Position numbers and translations under genes: made by a program. Positions 1-12,573 of a DNA stretch of 64,000 nucleotides are shown here, piece after piece (the first letter of the stretch is position 1; each line of letters begins with the position of its first letter). The stretch is from Strigamia acuminata. Lineage: Eukaryota. The notes below the pieces were generated by a model. That model searched no databases and was not told the DNA's origin. It saw only the letters and a list, made by a program, of their open reading frames with translations. Location: NCBI GenBank assembly GCA_949358305.1, contig OX442314.1, positions 10,044,001 to 10,108,000 on the forward strand, given 5' to 3'.

Positions 1-185
1 TCCTATTGGCATCATGGGTGCTAGAGAAAACGAGAAAAAGCGTTTTAGCGTCGATTTTAACGTCGTTTTAACCGTTTTCGCATCAACTTACGCATTGGTG
101 GCAACGTGTATCCAGGTGGGAGCATTCCTGGAGGCATCGGCGGCATCCCAGGCATCGGCATATGATGTCTGGGAGGGAATGACAT
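1..185 (-). CDS. RBM25: 5' end of RBM25-like RNA-binding protein (partial; continues off the window start)
   Basis: Two exons joined at GTAAGT...TAG give MSFPPRHHMPMPGMPPMPPGMLPPGYTLPPMPPMMPIG, resembling the Pro/Met-rich MSFPP N-terminus of RBM25. The RRM and PWI domains are not visible in the window. Confidence 0.55.
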
Positions 186-671
186 CACCGGTTGTTCAGT
201 GTCTTGTTTGGAAAAAAAGATATCGAGTTTATTTCAACTTATTAGGCGATTAGGGTTAAGTTTATTGTCGTTTTTGGTGGTGATCGCGGTAGAGTGGTGA
301 TTAAAATGGCGGAGGGGAATGGCGGGGGATATCGAGCGGGGTTGGAGATTTGGGGTGTACTTACATAAATGCACGGTAAGTAGCGTCAAACGGGCACAGC
401 TATCACAGCAAATTATCACTCCAAATACAACAAATATGGAGGACGCCAGGAATGACGATACGATCGAGACTGCATCAAGAAGTGGTGCGCTGATTGGTCG
501 AGATTAGGAAATGATTTGTTCTGGTGGTAGGGTTGGAGTTACGTCATTTCGCCGTCTGGTGGTGGGGAATGGTTGCGGAAAATATGGCGGGTGGTTTTGA
601 ATGAATGAAATTGAATTTTTTTTGTTTTTGTTTGATTTATTGTTTGTTATGGATACAAAAATTGTTTTTTA

Positions 672-2814
672 TTAAAGTTTGGATGTAAATAAAGGATGGG
701 TCATAACTTGGTCGCACGTTATTCTGTCTTTGGGTGATATTTGTAGTAATTTACAGACCAAATCGTTCGCTAGAGGCTGAAAATGAAAAATAAAGTTAAT
801 TCTATTAATTATTTTTTAATACATTAAATAACCTAAATGCTCTAATAAAACGTTCTTGATCAGTTTAGACATTTATTTTAGTCGTTGGCTATAGGATTTC
901 TTATTTTCAACGTTTTTAAATTGATTTTTCATCATTTTAGACGTTTTTAAATTAATTTTTCATCATTTTAGACGTTTTTAAATTCATTTTTCATCATTTT
1001 AGACGTTTTTAAATTCATTTTTCATCATTTTAGAAGTTTTTAAATTAATTTTTCATCATTTTAGACGTTTTTAAATTCATTTTTCATCATTTTAGACGTT
1101 TTTAAATTCATTTTCCATCATTTTAGACATTGAATGGGCATCCCGCGATCTATTAGAGCATTTACAATAATTAACGGACATCGACGGGGTGTTTATGGCC
1201 TCTTTTCCAAATGATATCTTTTTTCTGGATATTTATTATCGTATCGTTCGCTGCGTGACCTGGGAATGGTAAACAACGGTTCCAAAGTGCGTAAATGACG
1301 ACACCCAACGACCACAAATCGGCGGATATTCCGCAAATTAAACGTCCCTAAAATGAAATAATTTTATTTCTCGTTTAGCCTGATTTAAATAATTAGGTTT
1401 TGGTCACTGTAAGGAGTTCTGGGGCCGCGTAGGCTTTGGTGCAAGATGATGGGGAATTAAATTCGATGTTTTTCCACGCGAATCCGATGTCGGTTAATTT
1501 GATGTTGAGTTTGCAGTTGAGTAGAATGTTTTCGAGTTTCAAGTCGCAGTGCGAAAGTCTCTGGTTGTGGAGGTATTTCAAGGCGCTCGTTATTTGCCAG
1601 CACCAGCATCGGACTATTAGAGGGAATACTGATTTGTATTTTTCTTCGTTTTGGATGAATTGTTGGATGTCGCCTTGGCAAGCGAATTGGGTGATGAAAA
1701 ACACCTTGGAGTGAAAAATTGAATGGGTTTAAGGATTTTTTGGGGGGTTTTGAATTAAATCACATTAGTTTTCGAAAGAAAATGCTAAATTTTCAAATTA
1801 AAATGCTAATTTCAAAGAGCAATGCTAAATTTTCAGCACAAAATACAAAATTTTCAAGACAAAATGCAAAATTTTCAAGACAATATGCTAATTTCCAAAA
1901 AAATTGTTATTTTCATGAAAAATGCTAAATTTGTAAAAAATAATGCTAATTTTCAAGAAATAATGCTGAATTTCAAGAAATAATGCTAATTTTCAAGAAA
2001 TAATGCTAATTTTCAAGAAATAATGCTAATTTTCAAGAAATAATGCTAATTTTCAAGAAATAATGCTAATTTTTAAAAAATAATGCTACTTTTTAAAAAA
2101 TAATGCTATTTTCAAGAAATAATGCTAATTTTCAAGAAATAATGCAAATTATCAAGAAATAATGCAAATTATCAAGAAATAATGTTAATTTTCAAGAAAA
2201 TAAATGCTAATTTTTCAAAAAAAAGTCTAAATTAGCATTTTCTCTATTTTTCGAATCCCGCGCTCCAGCAGTACCGCCACTGCAAACCTACTTTCCGCCG
2301 ACCGATAATGACGTCATGCAAACGACATATATGAGGATGACACAACTTCAACCAAAAATCCCTAATATTCAGTTCAATAAACTCTTTGCTCATTCCCCAT
2401 TTGCGAAGCTGCACGAACCGAACAATCTTAACAGCAGCTCGACCATTCCCTAAAATATCATCCGCTCGATGCACCTAAAATCGAATTTTTTTTTTATCAA
2501 TTTCACGCAAAATTCCACCAATTCTTCCACTCCATTATACCACACTACCGCATCGCCCGACCGCAATGACGTTACCCAATATGTAACCCACAGCAGCCAA
2601 CCACGACTCTTGCGACGGCACCAGCAGTATCTGGTATCCACCGAACAGTTTTCGCTTAGTTAGAGGTTTTCTATGGCCAATCAGTCTCCGTAGTTGCTTT
2701 ATCAATTCTTTTGACGAATCAGACACTATTGAAAAATAAACAATTAATTATCATTTATGAAATACTGGCTGCCGCCTTTTCACATTTATTATTTTTGTAG
2801 CCGTTGGAATTCAT
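672..2814 (-). CDS. Divergent Ser/Thr kinase, TSSK-like (CAMK group), about 6 exons
   Basis: Spliced motifs: AVGRCGSV (Gly loop), AAVKIV, QGDIQQFI, HCDLKLENILL, KLTDIGFA, YAAPE, ADLWSLGVVIY, KLLQISPKDRITCDQVMTHP, stop at 672-674. The first exon MNSNGYK... splices in frame. Confidence 0.8.
910..1130. repeat. Intronic minisatellite, 31-bp unit
   Basis: Tandem ttttagacgtttttaaattcatttttcatca copies. Confidence 0.9.
1935..2215. repeat. Intronic minisatellite, 20-bp unit
   Basis: Tandem taatgctaattttcaagaaa. Confidence 0.9.
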
Positions 2815-2927
2815 CACTGGATTGTCTCTCGTTTTTATTTAAGGGAATTATGGGTAAAACCGCGCCGCCGCGCGACAAAATGTTGTGACTTTGCGGCGGG
2901 AAATAATAGAACAGGTTGTGAGTTAAG

Positions 2928-5900
2928 ATGACTGAAATAAAGTATATTATTGAATATTTATCGAAACTAATCGTTGATTACGGATTGTCATACGTTCCCG
3001 CAGAAGCATTTAGACAAGCTAAGTTCGATAAGGATTATCCTGTAAGAAAATTATTAAAATAAAATAAAATGGCGGATGAATTGTTGTTTTGATTTTAGTG
3101 TCAACTGCTGTGGAATTTGTTGGCTGAATTGTATGTAGCTAAGCAATCCAAGTGGAATATTCAGTCGAAAGATGAAAATAGTGGGTTGTTTAAAGGTAAA
3201 CACGATGATGTACATTTGAGCATCTAAAAAATGTATTTTTTGCTAAAAAATATCAATTTTGTGCATGAAAAATGCATTTTTGGAGCTATAAATGCATTTT
3301 TGCGATTAGAAATGCAATTTTTGCAATTATTAATACAATTTTTGCAATTATAAATACATTTTTGCAATTGTAAATACATTTTGGCGATTAAAAATGAATT
3401 TTTACAACTGAAAATGCATTTTTTACATTTAAGAATGGATTTTAACAATTTTTATTTTCATTTTTTTCAACAGATAAAACAAAATTGGTGAATTTTGTCA
3501 AATTTTCGTTACTCAGCGACGGATATCCGGCAGAAAAAGTGTCATTTCTATCGCCCGATCGTGGTAGTCAAGCACTTTTGCTCGCTTTTGGATGGTTTAT
3601 GGCAAAAACTCAATTTATTGATCGTTTGATGAGGCTGAGGATGGCCAATACGAAGACCAGATGGGAGAATAAATTGGTTTCTAAGTGAAAATAATTAAAT
3701 ATTTCGCTAATTAACGATTTTTTTGTTTGCAGTTGAGTGGTCAGGAGGTCCCTTTGGTGTCCAGTTGTAAAAATAACGAAGAAATGTTGGGGAAAAGTCA
3801 TCTAAACGTGCCCGAGTTGTGCGACCAGTTGATTTGGTTGTTTGGGAAAACAAAAATGTCGTCGAGGAATTTACACGATGTGTACGAAGCGGAATTAAGA
3901 CTGATGGATAAAGTATTTGTAGTTATTTTAGAGTGGGAGATTTTAAACTAACGAAACGTTTGAAAGATGTGGTCGATGACGGATGTGGATGTGTCGAATT
4001 ATTTCCATTTGTCGCCGAAATTGGCTTTTCAATTGTCAACTCAACCGGCAATGCAATCGCAAGTAATTTAAATGATTGTTGTTAATATTTTGGCAGTTTT
4101 GCATAAGTTTGGCTCTTTTTGCACCCGTGGAGGTGGCTTTTGGTGCTTTTTAGTGCATTTGATCGTAAAAATGCATTATTTTCATTAATAGGTTGATTTA
4201 TCTGCTTAAAAATGGATTTAAACGTCTAAAAATATGGATTTTTAATTCAAAATGCATTTTTTTTCTGTTAAAAGTTGTTCATTTGTTCTAAATAAGTAAA
4301 ATTTTGCTTAAAATGGTCACATTTCGGCCTATAATGTCAGATTATGGCCTAAAAATGTCAAATTTCGGTCTACAAAGTCAATTTTGGCATAAGAAAGTCA
4401 CTTTTCGGCCTTTAAAGGTCAAATGTTAGTCAAAAAAGCTCAAAAGCTCAAATTTCGGCTTTAAAAGGCCAAAGGTGAGCCAAAAAAGGTCAAATTTGGC
4501 ATAAAAAAGGTCAAAATTTTGGCCTACAAAAGTCAAATTTAGGTTTAGACATTGCAGTTTTCTATCTAAAATTGCATATCCTCCGATTAAATTCAGAAAT
4601 TAAAAAAAAAATCTTTTTCAGTTGCGAAAGTTGCTCAAAGAGGAAACAAACGTCCTCAACGTGTTCCTCCAATGGAAGGAACAAGAAGGGTTATTCTGGA
4701 AATGGATGGTAAATATAAACAACATCAAACCAACAACCAAGTAATAACATGGACACGTATCCACGTGTTCGATGGCCCCACATAATATCCAGCCGCACTG
4801 TATTCTGGGACAACAACAGGCAACAAACAGGCTTAGTTGGCAAGCAATGCGTGACACGTGATTGCCGTCATCCAATCAGCGCACAGAACAACGAATCAAT
4901 TCGAAATAACACACGGATACGTGTCCATACGATTCTTGGTTCATGATTAGACCCCGGATATTTATGCAAAATAAAATTTGATTTCTGCGCATAAAATATG
5001 CATCAAAAATTAAATTTTATGCAAAATAAAAATAAAAATATGCAAAATAAAAATAAAAATATGCAAAATAAAAATAAAAATATGCAAAATAAAAATAAAA
5101 ATATGCAAAATAAAAATAAAAATATGCAAAATAAAAATAAAAATATGCAAAATAAAAATAAAAATATGCAAAATAAAAATAAAAATATGCAAAATAAAAA
5201 TAAAAATATGCAAAATAAAAATAAAAATATGCAAAATAAAAATAAAAATATGCAAAATAAAAATAAAAATATGCAAAATAAAAATAAAAATATGCAAAAT
5301 AAAAATAAAAATATGCAAAATAAAAATAAAAATATGCAAAATAAAAATATGCAAAATAAAAATAAAAATATGCAAAATAAAAATAAAAATATGCAAAATA
5401 AAAATAAAAATATGCAAAATAAAAAAATAAAAAAAATTTAGAGTGAAATCAGGTGTTAAATAACAACTTGCCGTATATTATCGATAACTACGCGGGCCTC
5501 GAATTGCGCGCGGGTACACAATTGGAGGCCCGAAATGTGCCAAAAAAGGATGACAAATGACACGTTTTGCATACGTTTCGGCAGAAAATTACCGAAACGT
5601 ATGGAAAACGTTGCCGATAGGTTCAAAAAACCCAGCATCGGCCAGTCGGCCGATGCTGGGTAGCCCGCGGACCTCTAACACCGCGCGGGTCAAATTTTTT
5701 TTTCTAATAGTGTACGGGTGTGCTATTTACAAATATACGGTAATGTCATTTCAAAGTGTTCTTGATGTTTTCCGAACGCAAGCATACGCACACGATACGT
5801 GTTTTTAAAAAAAGGCAAAAATTGATACACACATGTTACGTATTGTTAAAAAAAAAGACACAAATCGCCGTTTTTTCCGAAAAAATGGCGATTTATGCAT

Positions 5901-6363
5901 TTATTTCCTCATTTTCGGAAAATATGCATTTATAGCCAATTGCGGCTTTTTATTGAATAAAAATAATTCCTATGCATTTATCCGGGCCTTATTCATCACT
6001 CAGGTAACAGTCATAAATTCGCAAGAACTGCAAGACATCCCGCCCGAAGTTGACCCAAAAGCCGAACAGGAAGACCTCGAAGACCCCGAATTGCTCGTTT
6101 CGCCGAAAAAAGAAGCAAACGGCCAATTCCCATCTCTGCGCAACATCACCTTCCTCCCATACGGAAAACAAACCAAATCCCTCGAACCCATCTCGGAACT
6201 AACGGACAAACTGGCGCGACTCAAGCACCAACTGCAGACCGACCTCGACGAAAAGAAGCGCAAGGCGAGCGAAACGCTGACGGAACTGTGCAGCAAGCTG
6301 GAAGGCGTCATTTGCATCCCGCCGCTGCGTTTCAAGCCGAAATCGTCGAGAAACTCGAGATAA
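2928..6363 (+). CDS. TEDC1: Tubulin epsilon and delta complex protein 1 homologue (multi-exon)
   Basis: PAEAFRQAKFDK, QLLWNLL, VKFSLLSDGYP, GSQALLLAFGWFMAK and EGLFWKWM match recalled TEDC1/C14orf80 motifs (PEIFRRAKFD, LWQLL, VKSALCSQGYP, GSRELLLALSWLLA). The last exon ends ...CIPPLRFKPKSSRNSR*. Confidence 0.85.
4749..4928. mobile_element. Small MITE-like element in a TEDC1 intron
   Basis: 14-bp inverted termini atggacacgtatcc / ggatacgtgtccat. Confidence 0.5.
5019..5430. repeat. 21-bp minisatellite expanded inside the element
   Basis: About 19 copies of atgcaaaataaaaataaaaat; source of the spurious MQNKNKN ORF. Confidence 0.95.
5471..5740. mobile_element. Tc2/pogo-type MITE nested in the larger element
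   Basis: ccgtatatt...aatatacgg termini with TA on the right flank; absent from the 27.7-kb copy of the host element. Confidence 0.6.
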
Positions 6364-6386
6364 TGTCAACTATTTATTGATTTTTT

Positions 6387-8332
6387 TCAAGAAAAACCAA
6401 AATATTCGTTCATTCTTCCCATGTAAAACTCGAATTTTTGCATCCAATTAAGTTGCTCCCGGCTGACCGAGGCGTTTTGAGCGTTCGTTTGCGTCTCTTC
6501 TTTGATGCAGAAGTAGTTGGCGATGTGGGCGCGACACATGGGGCATTTGTCCACGTGGGAGAAGCAGTTGCGGCAAATGCACGCGTGGCGACAGGGCAGG
6601 AGCGCTCTGGTCACGGGTTCGCATTGGCAGACGACGCAGTTGCTGCTCAGTTCGCAGTCGGTCGGCTCGGGTTCGTCGCTGCTCGACACGTAGAGTGGCT
6701 GGAATGGATTTTTTTTGTTTTGTTATGCGGAAAATGTATTAAAATTGAGTTGTACTTTTAAAGCGACGATTTGTCCGGTGTTTTGTTTGAGGTATTGGGC
6801 GTAGATGTAGGATTCGTCCTTCAGGAAGTCGTCTTTGATGTGGATCACGCAGATCATGGCCACCTGGGAATGGGGTTTGATGAGTTTGGGTTGGAAAGAT
6901 TTGGGGGGTTTGGGCGCGAAAATATAAATAAATTATGGGTTTTTAAAATTGTAAAATCAAATTTTTAGGTTGGAATAATCGTTTTAGAAATGTATAATGA
7001 ACACATAGCTGCAATAAAGGACTTTTTAGGCACAAAGAATTGATGTTTTTGTTGCAGAATACATTATTAATTGTAAAAATACTTCTTTAATTGGAAAAAC
7101 CCATATTTTATTAGCAAAAATGCAATAAAATGCAATTTTTGTTGCAAAAATGTAATTTTTTGTTGCAAAAATTCATTTATAATTGCATAAATGCATATTT
7201 TGTATGCAAAAATTCATTTTTGGTTGCAAAAATTCATTTATAATTGCATAAATGCATATTTTGTATGCAAAAATTCATTTTTGGTTGCAAAAATTCATTT
7301 ATAATTGCATAAATGCATATTTTGTATGCAAAAATCCATATTTTTTCAAAATTGATGTTTTTAAAAAAGAAATACATTTTTTAGACTCTCAAATACAGAT
7401 TTAGGTGCAAAACTTTACGTCTTATGCCCAATCATTGACAATTTGAAGAAAAAAAAGCATTTAAGCAATTAAAAATCTATTTTATCAATTAAAAATGTGC
7501 TCTACTAATGCAAATAGTGAAAAAACGGATATTTCTACGTATAAAAATTGATTCTTTAGAAGAAACGAGTTTACTAATCGCAAATATCCATTTTTACAAC
7601 TTGCTACGTCAGTATTTGACTATATATATATATCATTCACCACTCGTTGAGAAGAATCGTTTCCATCTGCACTTGGTTCGCATTCGCACTCTTCTTTTTC
7701 AGCCATCACAATAACCAATGGATATTTAGTCCTCGGTGGCGGTCCCAATTTCGAATCCAATTCAACACTCGGTCGTAATAAAACCTCGTCCTTCTCACAC
7801 GCTTCAAACGACCGAATTTCTTGTTTACAAACAACGCTTTTCTCCAAAAACGAATCGTCATTTAAACACAAATTGAGTTCGTTCCACTCGAGTTGCAAAA
7901 GTTTATTCAAATCGCTCACGTCGACGCCCCAAAAAACTTGAAACAACACGGGGATTTCGCTCGATATTTCACAATAAACACCTAAAAACAATCAAAATAT
8001 TAACACATTAAACATTACTTATTCAAAACCAATCTTATTTTACCGTTTAAACAACATTCGGCCGTTTTGACGAGCGTAAACACGAACGGGTTGCGAACGG
8101 CGACCATCGGGATCGGTTTGGGTGCGAACCGCGGTCGCACGACCGATCCTTGAAACATTTCGTCGTTTTGCAATCTAGAAATGACTAAATGAATAAAAAT
8201 GTTTTAAAAAAATGTTAAATAAATATTTTTATACCTTAAAATAAATACAATGGTGATCAACAGTGTGGTTAGAACAGAAACAACCGCAAATGAATTCGTC
8301 ACTTCAGCCGCGGCAACTAATGCAGCGCCCAT
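6387..8332 (-). CDS. CGRRF1: Cell growth regulator with RING finger domain 1 homologue (multi-exon)
   Basis: N-terminal hydrophobic segment (MGAALVAAAEVTNSFAVVSVLTTLLITIVFILR), VRNPFVF, FWGV, GPPPRTKYPLVIV, and a C-terminal RING CVVCQCEPVTRALLPCRHACICRNCFSHVDKCPMCR. Confidence 0.85.
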
Positions 8333-8528
8333 TTTGTCCAATATTCATATTAAGAAAACTCGTATTAATTAATTATTTTCTCTTCTCGCTCACATCAAAT
8401 CTAAATTAATGCATTTCAGGCTTAAGTCGAGGTTTAGTTTTGTCAATAAATCGAATGGACCGCCATCTAGTGAATAATTTTGCTACTCGAAAGCAGAAAC
8501 AACATTTTTATTGCACAATTTTTACATA

Positions 8529-11074
8529 TTAGTTGGTAGAGCATCTGCCTTTTGACCAATCACACCAGTTCAATTCGGGATTAAATTCGAGGTTGTTTGG
8601 ACACAAAAAGTCGTGAACTTCATAGTAATCACACACAAGATATCTGCGACAATTGGTTGGATGTGGAATTAATTTTCCCAAGTCCAAAACTGTTTCACAA
8701 AACTTTAAAAATATAAAAATGTAAATAATTAAAAAAAATAGTTTGGTATCTTTTCTCCAGCGCTTACATTAAGAATCGGCTTTTCAGTAGTTGTCGTTAC
8801 AAGAGGAATAATTATTGGAAGGTACGGCTTTTTGCAGTTATATCGTAAGCGGATTTTATTGATATCAGGTGAGCTCAATTCAACTCTTTGACCAATGTGA
8901 TGCCCTTGAATACATGAAGCAAAATTTTATATAGTTTTTTTTATATTTTTTGAAACATCTGTAGTGGCGAATTTAGATTTATTGGAGTCTGAAGCTAATT
9001 ATGTTGATTTATGTTGATGTCATTCATTTGACCAATCACTGTTTAGCTCACTTCTACTGATCCAATCACAATTTACCTGCCCGTTACCCGTCTCCAAAAA
9101 AATTCTCTACCCGTACCCGCCTGTACCCGACCCGTACCAGTCCCGTACCGTACCCGAACGCGAACGCGATCACAACATCACGTGTGCTTACTGATCGATT
9201 GCGATGAAATCATCGATCGCAAAAACATTAAATCGACAACGCGTACCCGCGCATACCCGGGTACCCAATGCACATCTCTGCAACTGACCCCGTCACTATT
9301 TCCCGTACTGCCTCAAATAAACGCCGGGGCATTTAAAAAAAAATTGGCTTGAACCCCCGGCATTTATTCGGATCCAGCACTTAATCGAAAATTCTGGAAA
9401 AATGGTGATTTTTCCGTAAAAATCACTGATTTTTGGGGATCCCAGAACTTAATCAAGGCTCGCGCAAATTCCTCAAATCACCGTTGACCGCCTGGCGTTT
9501 AAACGAGTCCCGGTGCCTGTTTGAATCCGACGTTAATAAGAGGCAGTACGGTAGTTCTATTTTTCTTCTACCTTTAGTACACAGATTAAAGTAAAAATAA
9601 AAGTTATTAGTTTTACTGGCGCCAAGTTTTGAAGTGACTGTTGGCTTCAATTTATCATCAATTGAAAATGCGAAACGAGAGGTGTGCATAATGGAATGGT
9701 AGTCGTAACTGTGTGCACGATCGATTTCGTCGTTTTCATATTTATTAAATGCTTTAAAATTTTCTGAGAAGAGATAATACAACATTAAAATATTGTTTCT
9801 GTTTTTGTTGTTACTCTAAGTATTTTTAGTTTTACGTGGTTTGACATTTTCATAATGAATCTCCAAAAACTGATCCCGGTCGGAACGATTGTTTTCGTGG
9901 CGGAAACCTTGTTTTAAGCAAAAAATGAATTTCAAGGCAAGGAATTTCAATGCAATTATAAAATACACACATACCCAATGAATGCATTAGTTGATGAATT
10001 ATAGCACCTTTGTTCAAACAATCTGGTCCAAGTGAAATAAAGGATTTCTCTTTTCTTCCCAATACAGAATGACAACCCCTAATACCAAACCAATCAGGAT
10101 ATCTCAAAAAAGTATAACATACAATGGAAAGATGCTTAACATTTCGGCTTAGACATTTTGTCATTAGCAGTGTTGTATCGAACGCGAACTAATAGTTCGC
10201 GTTCACGAACGACGTTCATTACTTCATGAACGAAGTTCGTGAACTAGTTCACTTCTACAGATGAACGAAAAATTCGAACTTCGTTCACTTTTATGAGTGA
10301 ACTTGAACGAAATTCACGTTCACCATGTTTGATGATGAAAACATTGCAAAAATGTTAGTTTAAATGTTTAGATGACGTTTTCATCATCAAAACATTCATT
10401 TCAAAAAGTTGCTTTAGCAATTATAAGCTAAGACTTTAAATCGAAGAAATACGCTACACTGCTTTAAAATTTAACTTTTTACTTTTTGTCTTCGTTTTCG
10501 ATAATTATAGAAATGCTATTTGGCTGAGGTTCGGTTTCTTCGAATCGAATACAAGTATGTCTATGGAATTCTTCCATTGCTGACCACACCAAATGTTTAA
10601 CATCATTTGCTATTTTAAACAAAAATTATTATTCTTAATATTGATTTATAATTTTCTTTATACCAACTGATTCATCTGGCTTAAAGTGGAAAAATATTAA
10701 TCCGTTTGGCCAATATTGAACCTGCAATTCAATAAAAAGCAAAATCAAAACACTAAGACCTCCAAGAGTCATTTTACATTCTCTGCTTCTTCAAATACAT
10801 CTCCACATGGTAAATCTAAAATACATAAATTCAAAGCCAAACATATGTCAAAACAAATCAATTTACACATTTACCTGCCAATTCATCTGGATTTGGCGTA
10901 GGCAACGGCGAAGCTAGAAAAAGCACACTCTTCTCTGTTGTAGTGCTCTTCAAAAAAGTGCAAACACAGTAAGAGATCAGTGAATAAATGCATGAAATCA
11001 AGATTTATGGTCACTTTTACAAAGGATTCCACACTTGTCATGAAAAACAAAAAGGCAATACATATACGGTACAT
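8529..11074 (-). CDS. Secreted astacin-family (M12A) metalloprotease-like protein with C-terminal chitin-binding type-2 (CBM14/peritrophin-A) domain; likely catalytically inactive
   Basis: Signal-peptide-like start MYRICIAFLFFMTSVES; TCIRFEE; GCHSVLG; HQLMHSLGFRHENNRSDRD; YDYHSIMHT; IGQRVELSSPDINKIRLRYNC; Thr-rich linker; six-Cys CBM14 FCETV...HPTNCRRYLVC...FLCPNNLEFNPELNWCDWSKGRC. Confidence 0.85.
9303..9551. mobile_element. Tc2/pogo-type MITE in an astacin intron
   Basis: TIR ccgtactgcctc / gaggcagtacgg followed by TA. Confidence 0.6.
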
Positions 11075-11505
11075 GTTCATTACGTCAGATAGATTGCACA
11101 ATATGAAGATAACTATACAGAATTAGAATCATTAGTGGTTTGAAGTTTGTTTGCTTAAGATAAACCATATCAATGCAAATAAAAGATATCTCCGACTTCG
11201 CTGACAAGGTATTGCTATTGTGACAAATAAATTGAGCTATACTTCACTTTAGCGGCGGGATTCCGGGAATATTTGTTCCCGTGGGACGACCTGTCCAGAT
11301 TTCCCAGTAGTAAATTTGTTCCCAGTCCAGCCCTGGCCCTCCAAACCAGGGTTAATACGATGCACGTTGTACGAAGTGTGGGTAAAACATGACTGCTAAT
11401 TTTCATTGAAAGAAAATATGGGGTTCTAAGGCCCTGGGCCCTAAAACCACTAGTACATCCAATCAAGGCCCGATATACCATCTGCCTGCATGGTCCCACG
11501 CTGTA

Positions 11506-12431
11506 TTGTATTTCTTCGATTCTAAGACGCACTTTTTTCCCCAGATAAACGATAGGTCTAACTTCTTATTAGAATTATGGCTTCTTAGAATCGCAGTTTT
11601 TCCAAATTTTTCTGTGCTTTGCAGATGCCACCATCCATTTTTGTTTTTCTTTCTTTCTAAGAAATTCCCAAGATATTGAAAAAGATATTCTAAGAAATTG
11701 AAAAAGATATTCTAAGAGATTGAAAAAGATATTCTAAGAAATTGAAAAAGATATTCTAAGAAATTGAAAAAGATATTCTATGATACTCTAAGACAGGGTT
11801 TCCCAAACGGTGAGGCGCGAGCTGATTATTGGTGGGGCGCACCCATCATACATGCCTAAATAAAACAAGCTGATTTTGCAAACTTTTATAAATTTTTAAC
11901 CAAAATTATATAAAATTATATAAAAAATTATACACACTTTTTAGTAGTATATTTTTTAAAAATTTAATGCGCTGGTAAATGAAGTGGGCGCAGAAGATCG
12001 CCTTGCTTAAAAAGTGGGGCGCGATGCTAAAAAGTTTGGGAACCCCTGCTCTAAGATATTCTAAGAAATTTATTTTTTCTTCCAATCAAAGTATTTTTTC
12101 TTTGAATCAAAAGGTAGTGATAACGATAATGATTTATTTCACAAGCCCAAAGGAGCAAAAAAAAGGGTGCGTTCAATTTATGAAAGAAAAGACAACTCGG
12201 ATGTGAATCGACAAGAGTCAGGGTCGATTTTGATTGGTTGGCCGCAAGACCTGTCTTTGCATTGCATCGCTTACTTCAACTTGGACTTCAAGCAGAAATT
12301 GGCGTCAACGCCAGGAATTATTGGACGCAAGTAGCTTGCGTTGCATCAGTTTTCTTGCGTTGCGTCTACTGTGAACACAAGTATGAACCTACCTTTACAA
12401 TCGATGGCGTCTTAGAACCGAAGAAATACGA
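11506..12431. mobile_element. Tc2/Kanga(MER104)-like non-autonomous element with nested insertions
   Basis: About 25-bp TIRs gtatttcttcgattctaagacgc / gcgtcttagaaccgaagaaatac, similar to recalled TcMar-Tc2 termini. Confidence 0.6.
11794..12048. mobile_element. hAT (Charlie-like) MITE
   Basis: TIRs cagggtttcccaaac / gtttgggaacccctg with a perfect 8-bp TSD ctctaaga (11786-11793 and 12049-12056). Confidence 0.9.
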
Positions 12432-12573
12432 CATCCAAAAAAACTTACCACTCAACTATTTTCCCCTCAATTTCTCACCGAAAATAAAAAAAAAACATAA
12501 AAATTGCTAATAATCAAACAGACAAACACACTTCAAAGCAAACTTAATTCAAAACCACAAACAACAACCTAAT

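Larger units (their letters stand above)
4943..5996. mobile_element. Non-autonomous DNA-type repeat; an inverted second copy lies at about 27716-28240
   Basis: Termini atgattagaccccgg...ccgggccttattcat. Both halves align in reverse complement with 27716-28240. Confidence 0.7.

Noticed and set aside
4998..5441. MQNKNKN / HIFIFIL repeat ORFs, and similar ORFs at 24738-24999, 31016-31279, 41874-42435, 46366-47331, 49284-49773 and 63161-63424
   Set aside because: These are translations of minisatellites, mostly lying between canonical splice sites of real genes.
10168..10461. cagtgttg...acactg segment with gttc/gaac motifs as a complete hAT MITE
   Set aside because: The TIR match is short and imperfect and there is no TSD. 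It is probably a TE fragment, but its boundaries cannot be supported.
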